A stretch of 63,772 bases of DNA, counting the filler, from Octopus bimaculoides (lineage: Eukaryota), in the NCBI RefSeq assembly GCF_001194135.2. It is 5 parts of 5 records of this genome, joined end to end, with 100 filler letters (N's around TTAATTAATTAA, not from the genome) between each part and the next. Parts side by side here need not be neighbours in the genome. Positions count along the whole stretch, not along the records: positions 1 to 30,346 come from NC_068984.1; 4 more parts are not named here. The stretch is one strand, 5' to 3'. Both the position numbers and the translations under genes were made by a program. Of this stretch, positions 13,510 to 25,212 are shown piece by piece. Every line of letters starts with the position of its first letter. The stretch's first letter is position 1. The notes under the pieces are model-generated. The model had not been told where the DNA came from. It worked only from the letters and a program-made list of their open reading frames with translations, and made no database searches.

Positions 13510-13925
13510 GAGGTGATCAGCTGGCAGAACCATTAACACTCTGGGCAAAATCCTTCATGGTATTTTACTTGTCTTTAAATGCTGAGTTGAAACTTTGTTA
13601 AGATCAACTTTGCTTTTCATCCTTTCAAGATTGATAAATTAAGTACCAGTTATTCACTGGGGATCGATGTAATCAACTAACCCCCTCCTCTGGACCTGCT
13701 GGCCTTGTGCTAAAATATGAAACCAATAATATCCTTTCTACTGCAGGCACAAGGCCACAAAATTGGTGGGAGGGGACTAGTTGATTACATCAACCCGAGT
13801 GTTTCACTGGTACTTAATTTATTGACCCCAAAAGGATGAAAGGCAAAGTTGACCTCAGCAGAGTTTGAACTCAGAATGTAGCGACAGGTGAAGTACCGCT
13901 AAGTATTTCGTCCATCCTGCCGCCT
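13021..13925. mobile_element. Cluster of four SINE family B copies (three +, one -)
   Basis: Repeated gctggcagaa..gttagca..gaaatgcttag..gagttcaaattccgccgaggtcgactttgcc..gtaccagt; also at about 27470-27840, 33405-33620, 38465-38790 and 53490-53730. Confidence 0.85.
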
Positions 13926-14106
13926 TTATGAAACCAACAACATCTGAATATATATTACATTAAACATGGAGCATTGAGTGGATTGAACTTTCTGTTGCTC
14001 TACCAGTTTAAATCGTTAATTATATGGCTGGGAATTACTTTCTAATGAATGCTAATTGCTTGCAGTATGTCTTCATTAAGTGAATAGACTTAAATCTGTT
14101 TATCAG

Positions 14107-14241
14107 ACTCTCCATTTGTGTTGGGAAGGCATATTATAGATCACAGCATTTATATGGTGTAACTGTCCACAAGTCAAGCCTGGTATTTAGTAAGAGTTTA
14201 TCTTCAGTTCAAACCGGTCTTAAATTCCTATGGATGGTATG
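14107..14241 (+). CDS. Possible internal exon LSICVGKAYYRSQHLYGVTVHKSSLVFSKSLSSVQTGLKFLWMV; product unknown
   Basis: Acceptor tgtttatcag, perfect donor TG|GTGAGT, 135 nt, symmetric phase 2, one fully open frame. Confidence 0.4.
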
Positions 14242-14400
14242 GTGAGTAATTAAGCTAATTCAATCCTAAGCAACTAATGAAGGGTAGTATGGACAATAAT
14301 TAGTTAACTGGAGTTTTAATAGAAGGGTCTTGATTAGTTCAACTGATTTAAGAAGTGACGAATCTAACTTATAACCCAATGGTTCATATAACCAGGGTCG

Positions 14401-14780
14401 ATGCCAGGTCCGCTTGACTGGCTCCCGTGTCAGTGGCACATAAAAAGTACCATCTGGATGTGGCCTATGCCAGTACCCACTGATTGGCTCCCATGCCAGT
14501 GGCACGTAAAAAGCACTATCTGAATGTGGCCAATGCCAGTACCCTCTGACTGGCTCCTGTGCCAGTGGCATGGCGAAAGCACTATCCGAACATGATCGAT
14601 GCCAGGCCTGCCTGACTGGCCCCTTTGCTGGAGGTGCATAAAAAGCATTATCCAAATGTGATCGATGCTAGGCCCGCCTGACTGACTCCTGTATTGGTGG
14701 CACGTAAAAAGCACCACCCGAATGTGGCCAATGCTAGGCCCACCTGACTGGCTCCTGTGCCAGTGGCACATAAAAAGTAC
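14401..14780 (+). repeat. 66-bp tandem array, 6 diverged units, fused to an RTE-type tail element
   Basis: atgc(c/t)ag starts at 14401, 14467, 14533, 14599, 14665 and 14731; continues into the tail ending (gat)n at about 14948. Confidence 0.9.
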
Positions 14781-16829
14781 CCACTACACTCTCAGAGTGG
14801 TTGGCATTAGGAAGGGCATCCAGCTGTAGAAACATTCTCAGATCAGATTGGAGCCTGGTGCAGCCACTGGCTCTCCAGACCTCAGTCAAACCATCCAACC
14901 GATGCCAGCATGGAAAATGGACGCTAAACGATGATGATGATGATGATGCAAGCAAAATAGTAGATTGAGGACCTACAGAAGTATATTCAGGGTCCACGAA
15001 AAATTTTTGCTTTAGATTTATTGATTGCAAGAAACAGCCAGGTTTCTTTCTCTAACGTTTTCCATAGTTAAACTTACACAAGTGGATGTGTGAGAAACAA
15101 AATAAGAATTTCAAAAGCAGTGACTATAAAACTAGTTTTTAAACACTGAATAGCTATGGTGGGGAGGGTGTCCACCAGCATAGAACAATAATCAAAGGGG
15201 GCCCATAGATAAAAAAAAATGGTTCAGAACCACTGACACAACCTAGAGGTCACTACTCTATAATAACCTAGAGGTGATTGAAGTCCTCTCATTCCTGGTG
15301 TTATTGTTTTGTCTTATTTGGCCTTTCCGTTATTTGGTGATCATAATTTGATTGTGTGTATAAGTGCACAATTATGGGCTTGAATGCATATGTATTTTTG
15401 TACATATACATAACTGTGTGCATGTGTGTGTGTGTGTGTGGAGGGGGGGAAGGTCACAAATCAGGTCTGGTCAGAGGGTTCAATGTGTGAGCTGAGTGAT
15501 ATGTAAATAAAACCAAGTTAATGTATGCAACTACAGAGATCTTGTTAGTGTGTGTGTGTAAACATCTGTGCAGGCGTGTAACTGATACACACAAGCATCC
15601 ATGTATGTTTCTTTGTATGCATGTGTACGCACGTATGGATCTAAATACGTGTGTGTGTGTGTGTGTGTGTGTGTGCAAAATGTTTCTTTACAAACTGGAC
15701 ATATGATACTATCAGAAGTTGTTTCTGATGATACAGTAATTGAAACAACATGACCACTTTGTAAGGAAACAGAAGAAATTCAATCTTGCTCTGTTATTAA
15801 AATTGAAATTATTTTTTTAATTTGTGGGTTCCTTCAAGCATATAATCAGATTTATCTTACACACGCACACACACACACACACACACACGTGGGTGCACAG
15901 TGGTGAAGTACGGGCTTTCAGTGCAAAGAATCTACAACAGTTATAAAGAAATGAATTGACCCTGCTTTGCTGGATTAGTAATGCTATCATCATCATCATC
16001 ATCATCATCATTTAATGTCCGTTGTCCATGCTGGCATGGGTTGGACGGTTTGACTGGGCAGGCATGCTGGAAGGCTGCACCAGACTCTAGTCTGATTTGG
16101 CATGATATGGCTGGAAGCCCTTCCTGACACCAACCACTCCAAAAGTGTAATGGGTGCTTTTACATGCCACTGGCACGGGTGTCATTTGCATGACACCAGT
16201 ATCTGCCACGACTCTGATTTTGCTTGGCTTCATGGGTCTTCTTCTCAAGCACAACATAATGCTAAAGGTCTCAGTCATTGCCTCCATTAGGCCCAACACT
16301 CGAAAGGAACTCAGCTACTTTGCCTCCGTGAGGCCCAACGCTCAAAAGGAACTGAGCCACTTTGACTCCATGAGACCCAATGTTCAAAAGATGCTCTTTA
16401 CGTACCACCAGCATGGATGCACTTGGCTCGATGGGTCCTCTCAAGCACAGCACATCACCAAAGGTTTGGGTCATAAGTCATTGGAGAATAAATGAGTTGA
16501 GAGAAATGTGAGAGACCAATGTGCTAATAATTCTACCAGCTCATTGCTTTTAATATTCCTCAAATATGACCCTATTCTGCTGCTGGCCAAAGGTCCCTCT
16601 ACCTCATATCATTCACCATTTTCCCCATCCCTATTACTACCCATCATTTGATCACTCTCTTCCCATCAATTGTCTTCACTAATATTCTTCAAACTTTAAA
16701 CTCTCCCTCTCTCACACACATTACTCTCTCCCCCACTCCACTCTCTCCTTCACTGCCACTCCTTCTTCATTCCATCATTCTATCCCCCCCCCCCCGGTCA
16801 ACATTTCTCCTTCTCTCACTAATACGTCC

Positions 16830-17870
16830 CCACCTTCAGCTTGTCGATGCTTATCTTCAAGTCTATTTCTTAAACAGTTTCATATTTCTATGGTTACGAG
16901 GGATGCAGTGCTTATCTATTAAACATGGGAAGGTTTTCAGTTATGTTAGACTTAGCAAATCATTCAAGTGTAAACCAAATGATATTATGGTGCCATTTTC
17001 TTTTTAAAGGTTGGGTGTAGGCAATTTTATTTTTGAACCACTCCCTTCTACAGCATTATTATAGGAAGGAGTTGCTCCATTAAAGATCTCTTTACTTAAG
17101 GACAAAAGCAGGATGCTTCCACTTATGTTGTTGACTAGGATTTTGAATACTATAGGTGAGGGGTATGAATCTATGCTAGCTTTACGTGTGCTTTTCATCT
17201 GGTTTTTTAAAGAGTTTGTATGAGCTATGTTTAAATTTATAATAGAGACGCCCGAGAAATTAACAAACATTAAGTTTGTTGCTATAGCGATTTTGAAAAC
17301 CAAAACAGTGTTTGAATATCATTCTTTGTGAGTTTGCTTGAAGTATTCTCTTTTACAGTTTTAAAGCTAGCTAACCTGTCATCTCTATAGAGGCCGAAAT
17401 CTACAGAGGGAAACTTTGTACTTAACCTTAAGCATGCGGAAGGAGCATCATGTTGCCATATGAGTTTTCTCCCCTCACAATGTGACACAATGTACCTGTA
17501 GTTACAGGGGAGAAAACTCTACATAATATGCCCAAGCATGCTAAAGGTTAAGGTATCCAAGACATACAATAATCCTAAATGAATGCATGTGTCAGCACTA
17601 TCAGACAACCCTATGCTTACATCCAAGCGGAATTTGTGTCAAGAAGCAGAGTCTCTCAAGTACATATAAATTCTAAAAATAATTGTCTCTGATGTTGTAA
17701 AAATTCTACTAAAATCTATGGCCTTACTTAATAATTTTCAAGAGAAGAGACTAATGAAACTCCGCAATATCAAACTGGTTACGTTTGACATTGTTCTTAT
17801 TGCTAACTTCATTGAATCATGTGACCAAGACATGTTAACCCTTTCAGCCCAGCTGGTACATATTTAGACC
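16830..17870 (-). mobile_element. Decayed Penelope-like retroelement reverse transcriptase
   Basis: Frameshifted motifs in the expected order: FDIAEF, GLYRDD, VNF.GVS..NL, ...KEIFNGATPSYNNAVEGSG..KL, LIDKH. Confidence 0.75.
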
Positions 17871-18098
17871 AGTCAAAAATTTTACAACCGAAATCTTTAA
17901 AATTCCCATTCTATATGATGCAGTATAGTACAGCTCCGGTTTTTCTGGTAAGCATGTAGTTCCAGATGTATGATTGGAGTGCATGACACTATAATCCTTT
18001 CTACTCTTGGCACCAGGCCTGAAATTTGGTGAGGAGGGGAATAGTCGATAAGATCGACTTCACTGTTTCACTGGTACTTATTTAATATACATACACAA

Positions 18099-18179
<81 letters not shown>

Positions 18180-18245
18180 TAGTGAAACTCTTAAAAGTGA
18201 AAGAGTATAAAAGTGAAACTATTTATAATTGTTTCTCCCTCAAAG

Positions 18246-18415
18246 ATTTCCCTTTTATTCTTTGTGTTTTGAAATGTAATACGGAAGCAGTGCCAATATT
18301 GCAGAAGATAACAGACACTGGCAAGACCCACAGAGCAAGAAAAAATGCTAGAAATGTCTTGCTAGAGATGAAGAAAATCTGTGCAGCAAGTTGTGAGACT
18401 GGAATTTCAAAGTGA
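18246..18415 (+). CDS. Possible terminal exon (D)FPFILCVLKCNTEAVPILQKITDTGKTHRARKNARNVLLEMKKICAASCETGISK*
   Basis: Acceptor attgtttctccctcaaag, open to TGA, non-repetitive. No family recognised. Confidence 0.35.
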
Positions 18416-18571
18416 AACATTCATTACATTTTGAAGCACTGTCATTGGAAAATTGACATTCCAAGAATAGTCCATGCTTTAAATGACGGTAATCCTGACC
18501 AAAGATTGGTGTTTTGCAAGAGGTATTTGGCAAGGTGTATTTAAGATTGCTTAAAGTGATGAGGCTACATT

Positions 18572-18720
18572 CAGGGCCAGCCCTAAGGTTGTTGGCCCCT
18601 CAGGCAAGCTGAACTTTGGTGTGTACAAGCTGATTTTTGTGGAAATTTCCTTGTCTTTGTCACACCCTCCTTGTTGCTCCAGTAGACTGCTCGAGTTGCC
18701 GATACTCTGAGCCAGCCCTG
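18572..18720. mobile_element. 149-bp hAT-type MITE
   Basis: CAGGGCCAGCC / GCCAGCCCTG imperfect TIRs; 8-bp TSD gctacatt (18564-18571 and 18721-18728). Confidence 0.8.
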
Positions 18721-18769
18721 GCTACATTTAAATGAAATTGCTCAATTAACTGCCACAAATGAGGGACCT

Positions 18770-19200
18770 GAAAATCTGTATATCATGGAGGAACATCTTG
18801 TTAATTTACTGGGTGTCGCTCCAGTATGGTGTGGCTTATCATCAAAAGAATAAGTTGGACCATCTTTTTTCCTTGACAATAATATGATTGATCCTATTTA
18901 CTTGAACTTGCTGCGACCATCTGGTCATGTCAAGCATAGAAGGGGACTTTGAAGATGTGGAATTTTATTTCTAGCAACATAGGGCACCCTCACACAGACA
19001 TAGCAATGTAAGGGACTACTTTGATGAGATTTCACCAAATAAGTGGACAGGATGAAGAGGTTCAGAAGAATGCGCTCTGTGTTCAGCAGACCATCACATC
19101 ACTAGACTTAGGGATAATTAGAAGATAAAGCTTACTGTATGAAATGGGAAACTGGCAACAAATTGTGAGCAGCCATTGGATCTGACCAAAAATTTTGCAA
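18770..19200 (+). mobile_element. Highly decayed Tc1/mariner-superfamily transposase
   Basis: Remnants resembling VWCGLSS..VGP.FF, GAPPH...VRDY.DE..P.KW.GRRG..EW across stops and frameshifts. Confidence 0.5.
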
Positions 19201-19489
19201 TTAAAAAAAGTATGCAGGTGTGGCTATGTGGTAAGAAGCTTGCTTACCAACCACATGGTTCCGGGTTCAGTCCCACTACGTAGCACCTTGGGTAAGTGTC
19301 TTTTACTATATATAGCCTCGGGCCAATGAAAGCCTTGTGATTGGATTTGGAAGACTTTGCCTTTCATCCTTTCAGGGTCGATTAAATGAGTACCAGTTAC
19401 ATACTGAGATCGATATAATCGACTTAATCCATTTGTCTGTCCTTGTTTGTCCCCTCTGTGTTTAGCCCCTGGTGGACAATAAAGAAATA

Positions 19490-19537
<48 letters not shown>

Positions 19538-20107
19538 GTATGTGTGTGTATATGTGTGTGTGTCCCCGATCAACATCGCTTGACAACCGATGCTGGTGTG
19601 TTTACGTCCCCGTTACATAGCGTTTCGGTAAAAGGGGCCGATAGAGTAAGTACTAGGCTTACAAAGAATAAGTCCTGGGGTCGATTTGCTCAACTAAAGG
19701 CGGTGCTCCAGCATGGCCGCAGTCAAAATGACTGAAACAAGTAAAAGAATAAATATAAATAAAGTGGAAGAATACAAAAATAAACATTATTTTCTCATCT
19801 TACTGACAAGTTTCGTTTCATTATGAAAAATAAAAATTTATTTTTATTGTTTATTATTGTTTTTATATTTTGAATTACATATATATATGTGATATATATA
19901 TTCTTTTCGTTTTTTCTTTTATTTGTTTCAGTAATTTGACTGCGGACATGCTGGAGCACCACCTTTAGTCGAGCAAATTGACCCCAGGACTTATTCTTGG
20001 TAAGCCTAGTACTTATGTCGGTTTATTTTGCCGAACCGCTACATTACGGGGACATAAACACACCAGCATCGGTTCTCAAGCGATGTTGGCGAGACAAACG
20101 CATACAA

Positions 20108-20138
<31 letters not shown>

Positions 20139-21877
20139 GTGTGTATGTATGTATGTATGTATGTATGTATACGACGGGTTTCTTTCAGCTTCCGTCTACC
20201 AAATCCACTCACAAGGCTTTGGNNNNNNNNNNGTTTCTTTCAGCTTCCGTCTACCAAATCCACTCACAAGGCTTTGGTCGGCCCGAGGCTAGAGTGGAAG
20301 ACACTTGCCCAAGGTGCCACGCAGTGGGAATGAACCCGGAACCACTGGGACAGCAAAATCTTTTAAGTGTTTAGGACCTCTATGGATCTTGATCAGGTCC
20401 TGCCAAGGGGGCCTCACCGATTCTAAATCAAATAAATATTGTATGTGCGTGTGTGTCTGTGTTTGTAAATGTCTATACTACCATTCAAACGGCCGTTTTT
20501 ACATGATATATACATATGTGTGTATATGTGTGCAAATGACTGTATTTGTATGTCCTGTATAAATAGGATATATACAATGTGTGTATAGGGTGTGTGTATA
20601 TATATATATATATACAGTAGATAAACGGTTAGGCTGCAGCACATCTGAGTTATATTAAAACGTAAATACAGTTAACGCAGGGAGATGTTTGTTTACTCTC
20701 GACTCTCATTCACTTTTTGTCTTGCATTCAAAATGTTGGAAGACATATTTGAACACATGTATAAATACATACACATACACACACTCAACGTATACCCAAA
20801 ACAGCATACATACATACATACAACCCATTTCATCTAAAGTGTAGAGGGAAGCTCCAGATTCGATCCAAGTTATTCTTGTTTCTATAGAGATATAGATGTC
20901 AGTGCGTGGATGTATATAGACATTGCACGAAATCTAAACGGTCGTCTTGAAACTATTAACAAAGCTCAATATGATGATGATGATGATGATAATGATGATG
21001 GTGGTGGTAGTTTTTATAGTTGTGGCGTTGGTGGAGGTGAAGGTAGTACTTGTGATGGTGCCGATTGTGGTGGTGGTGTTGCTACTGCTGGGTCTAATGA
21101 TGGTAGGTGGTGGTGGCGGTGACAATGAAGATAGTGATATGTTGTTTTTGACATCGTTTGAAAGTCGGGCACAATGATTCTTCTGGCGCCCGACCAAATT
21201 TCACAGTAGTAATGGTTTACTACAGAACGGGTATCATCTCTATGAAGACACACACACAAACATATATATATATATATATTTATATATACACACACACACA
21301 GACAGACAAAGACAAAAACAGAAGCACGCATGTGCACATGCATAAACACAATCACGAGAAGGCCTGCCTTTAGGTGCAGTTTGATATGCTAGAAATAGCA
21401 ACGAAGTCTACTGCCGAATCCCAATACATCGTCTTAAAAGATGTATTTAAGAGGACAAGATAATATAATCCAGGATATAAGAACAAACATATGATCAGAA
21501 ATGGATTATCTTTGATCATGTGTCTATTTAATCAGACTTGCTCTGGGGATAAACAACATCGTTACGCAAGTGTATGTATGTATATATATATAAAACACAC
21601 ATACATCTGAATGTGTCATGGGTCGACCAATACGTTGGAATGTAAGTCCTTTCTGGAAATTCTCCCCTGATGAAATACACGATTAACCAGTTTCAATTTG
21701 AAAATTTTTAATCAAATTAAATTAATTTAATTTCTCTAATTTAACTAATCAGATATGGAAACGGCTGAAGGGATAAGAATTTCATGTTATATTGATTGGA
21801 ATATATTTGAATAAACTAATGTCTATACATCAATTTTCTTCCTTTTCTTCCTTTTTCTCATTCATATATATATATAN

Positions 21878-21902
21878 NNNNNNNNNATATATATATACAT
21901 GC

Positions 21903-21933
<31 letters not shown>

Positions 21934-22251
21934 CATGCATATATATATACATATAAATATATATATATATACATATAAATATATATATACATGCATATAT
22001 ATACATATAAATATATATATATATACATATAAATATATATCTACATACATGCATATATATATATACATATACATACATGCATATATATATATATACATAT
22101 ATATATACATACATATATATATATACATACATACATGCATATATATATATACTTATATATACATACATGCATATATATACATGCATACACACACATATAT
22201 ATATATACACATGTATACATACATACATATATATATACACGTGTATACATA

Positions 22252-22289
<38 letters not shown>

Positions 22290-22389
22290 ACATACATATA
22301 TATATATATATACACATGTATACATACATACATATATATATATATATACACATGTATACATACATATATATATATATATATACACATGC

Positions 22390-22420
<31 letters not shown>

Positions 22421-22587
22421 CACATGCATACATACATACATATATACATGCATACACACACATTTACGTATATATGTGTATATGCAACAATAAATATATA
22501 AGTAAATAAATAAACACACATATACACATGTATACACAAACACATATAAACATATGTATACACAGCACATACATACGTTTCAAACAT
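21878..22587. repeat. Compound (TA)n/(CATA)n microsatellite (representative of dozens in the window)
   Basis: Seen directly; source of the spurious YIYI/HTHT/CVCV ORFs. Confidence 0.95.
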
Positions 22588-22601
22588 CCTGGGTCAGTAT
22601 A

Positions 22602-22632
<31 letters not shown>

Positions 22633-22931
22633 TTATCTGTGTGGATTTGAAATAGAGACAAGTACAACAAGGTGCGTGATACATGGACCAAAAAGGATGC
22701 CGCCTCCTAATCGCACGGGCTGCTAGAAATAGCTGTTAAATACCCTTCAAATCATACCCTGCTTTTAGTTCTAGTTACTCCCAAAGAACGGATGGTTATA
22801 CTCGGGAATGTCTTTGATCCCAAGTTCGATAGCTCAGCCTTGACCTGGCGCTGACATAATACAGACAGAAATAGTCAGACACAAATACACCACATTTACA
22901 TACACACTCACACAATACATACATACATTAT

Positions 22932-22986
<55 letters not shown>

Positions 22987-23423
22987 ACACACTCACAGTT
23001 TATTATACAGCTGAGGTTATTGTGTTTCTAGTCTGAGTTTCGTTTATATTGTTGAAGTAACAAAGAATAATAAAAACTATCTATATTGTATTGACAACGT
23101 ATTTCTCATGTTTGTAAACATTATATATATATANNNNNNNNNNNNNNNNNNNNNNNNNNNNNNNNNNNNNNNNNNNNNNNNNNNNNNNNNNNNNNNNNNN
23201 NNNNNNNNNNNNNNNNNNNNNNNNNNNNNNNNNNNNNNNNNNNNNNNNNNNNNNNNNNNNNNNNNNNNNNNNNNNNNNNNNNNNNNNNNNNNNNNNNNNN
23301 NNNNNNNNNNNNNNNNNNNNNNNNNNNNNNNNNNNNNNNNNNNNNNNNNNNNNNNNNNNNNNNNNNNNNNNNNNNNNNNNNNNNNNNNNNNNNNNNNNNN
23401 NNNNNNNNNNNNNNNNNNNNNNN

Positions 23424-23478
<55 letters not shown>

Positions 23479-24737
23479 GAAATGGAGGGAGAAGTTATCG
23501 GATGTATCGATATACAGATAGCAAATCAAACATATCGGTAGATAGAGAGATAAACAAATAGATATAAAGATAGATACAAGATATCGATATAAAGATAGCT
23601 TATCAGACATTTCCATATATATATATATATATACATACATACACACATGCAGAGTATATAAGGGTATTAAATGAATAGATACACAAATATATACTTAGAT
23701 ACATGGTTAATTATTGCGATCTGTGAAAATGGTTCGAGGAATTGCTGTTGGTAACTTACTTGCTTCCCTCAAAGATACAATGGTATGGAGACATTGGTCA
23801 GAAATATGTAATCCTTGCATGTAGGTCTTTCTTTGAATTCCTCGTTTCGTCTCGCCTCTACACACGTCTCCCTTTCGCATCGTTTACACACACTTGACAG
23901 CAAGGGTTGGTCTTTACACTGTCTCTCACACACACACACAGCCACATATACACTCACTATCCAAATCTACAAATACATACATACATAGTTATATATATAG
24001 ATATATCTATATATATAATATATGTATATTGCGACTGTGTGTTGAGAATTTGTGAGTGTATATACAACTAAACGGTGCCCATGTTTAAAAATCCGTGTAG
24101 CTGCTTTCACATTATAAACGACTATTGCTTCAGTGAGTGTATATATTTAGACATAGCTACGTATGTGTATCTATATATATATATATAAATACATGTGTGT
24201 GTGTGTGTGTGAATGAATACGTCACTGTGCGATGTAACTAGTATGTGTGGTCTAGATGTATGTGTGTGTACGTGCATTAGTAAAGAAGCGTGGTTTTGTC
24301 TCTGTGTGTGTGTGTATATGTATTTCAGCTGTGTTTGACTATTGTGCTGTGAATATCTCAGTGTGTGTGTGTGTGTATGTTTGAATGAATGTGTCTATGT
24401 GACTAGGGTATGGTCTGTATATGTGTACTCGTTGTAGAAAGAGCATGTGTGTTATTAATGGATTTCAGCAGTGATTAACACACACACACATATACACACA
24501 CATACTATATATGTGTGTTGTGAGTGTGTATGTACTAATGTTCGTGTGTGCGTATGAATGTTGTTTTTTTTTTCAACTATATATAGCTGTTGTTCTATTA
24601 TGTGTACAGTATATACAGTGAGTGTACAGTGTATGTTTATACATACATTTATATATTGGCTGTATGTGTACAGATTTGCTCAAACGACGAACTCTGAGTA
24701 TCGCCATCTCACGCTCTACTCAATCTCTCTCTCTCTC

Positions 24738-24774
<37 letters not shown>

Positions 24775-24879
24775 TGGCTCTTGTGTTTAATTATAATTAG
24801 AAACAATCTTACTTTAATCTGAGGGGTTTACGCTATATTTTCGTAGAGTACAAGATTGTTATTGAAGTAGAATATTGTT

Positions 24880-24927
24880 GATAGTAACTTCGAAGTTTCG
24901 GCCTGTTAAGCCATCGTCGGGACATCA
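24880..24927 (-). ncRNA. Degenerate hammerhead motif
   Basis: Minus strand: gatgtc-CCGACGA-T-GGCTT-aac-AGGCC-GAAA-CTTCGAAGT-T-ACTATC. Perfect ACTTCGAAGT palindrome; core U4 mutated to C. Confidence 0.45.
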
Positions 24928-25155
24928 GACAACGGCTGAACTGGCCAGAACTTCGAAGTCTCTGTCAACAGTGTTCTTTAAGAATAAACGTGTGCATGTG
25001 GCGGGTTTATATGAATATGTGTATGTGTGTGTGTGTATGTATGTATGTATGTATGTATGTATATACATATTTATGTATATATTAATAATAATAAAAGGGT
25101 AACATTAATTAGCTGACCCCTGATTATAATTAGGTTTATAATTATAGAATATTTG

Positions 25156-25212
<57 letters not shown>

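Noticed and set aside
14266-14771. 129-aa and 113-aa repetitive ORFs; also considered an HDV-like ribozyme per unit
   Set aside because: The ORFs stay open because the 66-bp unit is a multiple of 3. Only 8 nt separate the putative P1 strands, too few for the HDV nested pseudoknot.
15710-15750. CTGATGA...GAAA motifs at 15718, 21667, 29476, 42798 and 60981
   Set aside because: No consistent stem I, II and III pairing; not called as hammerheads.
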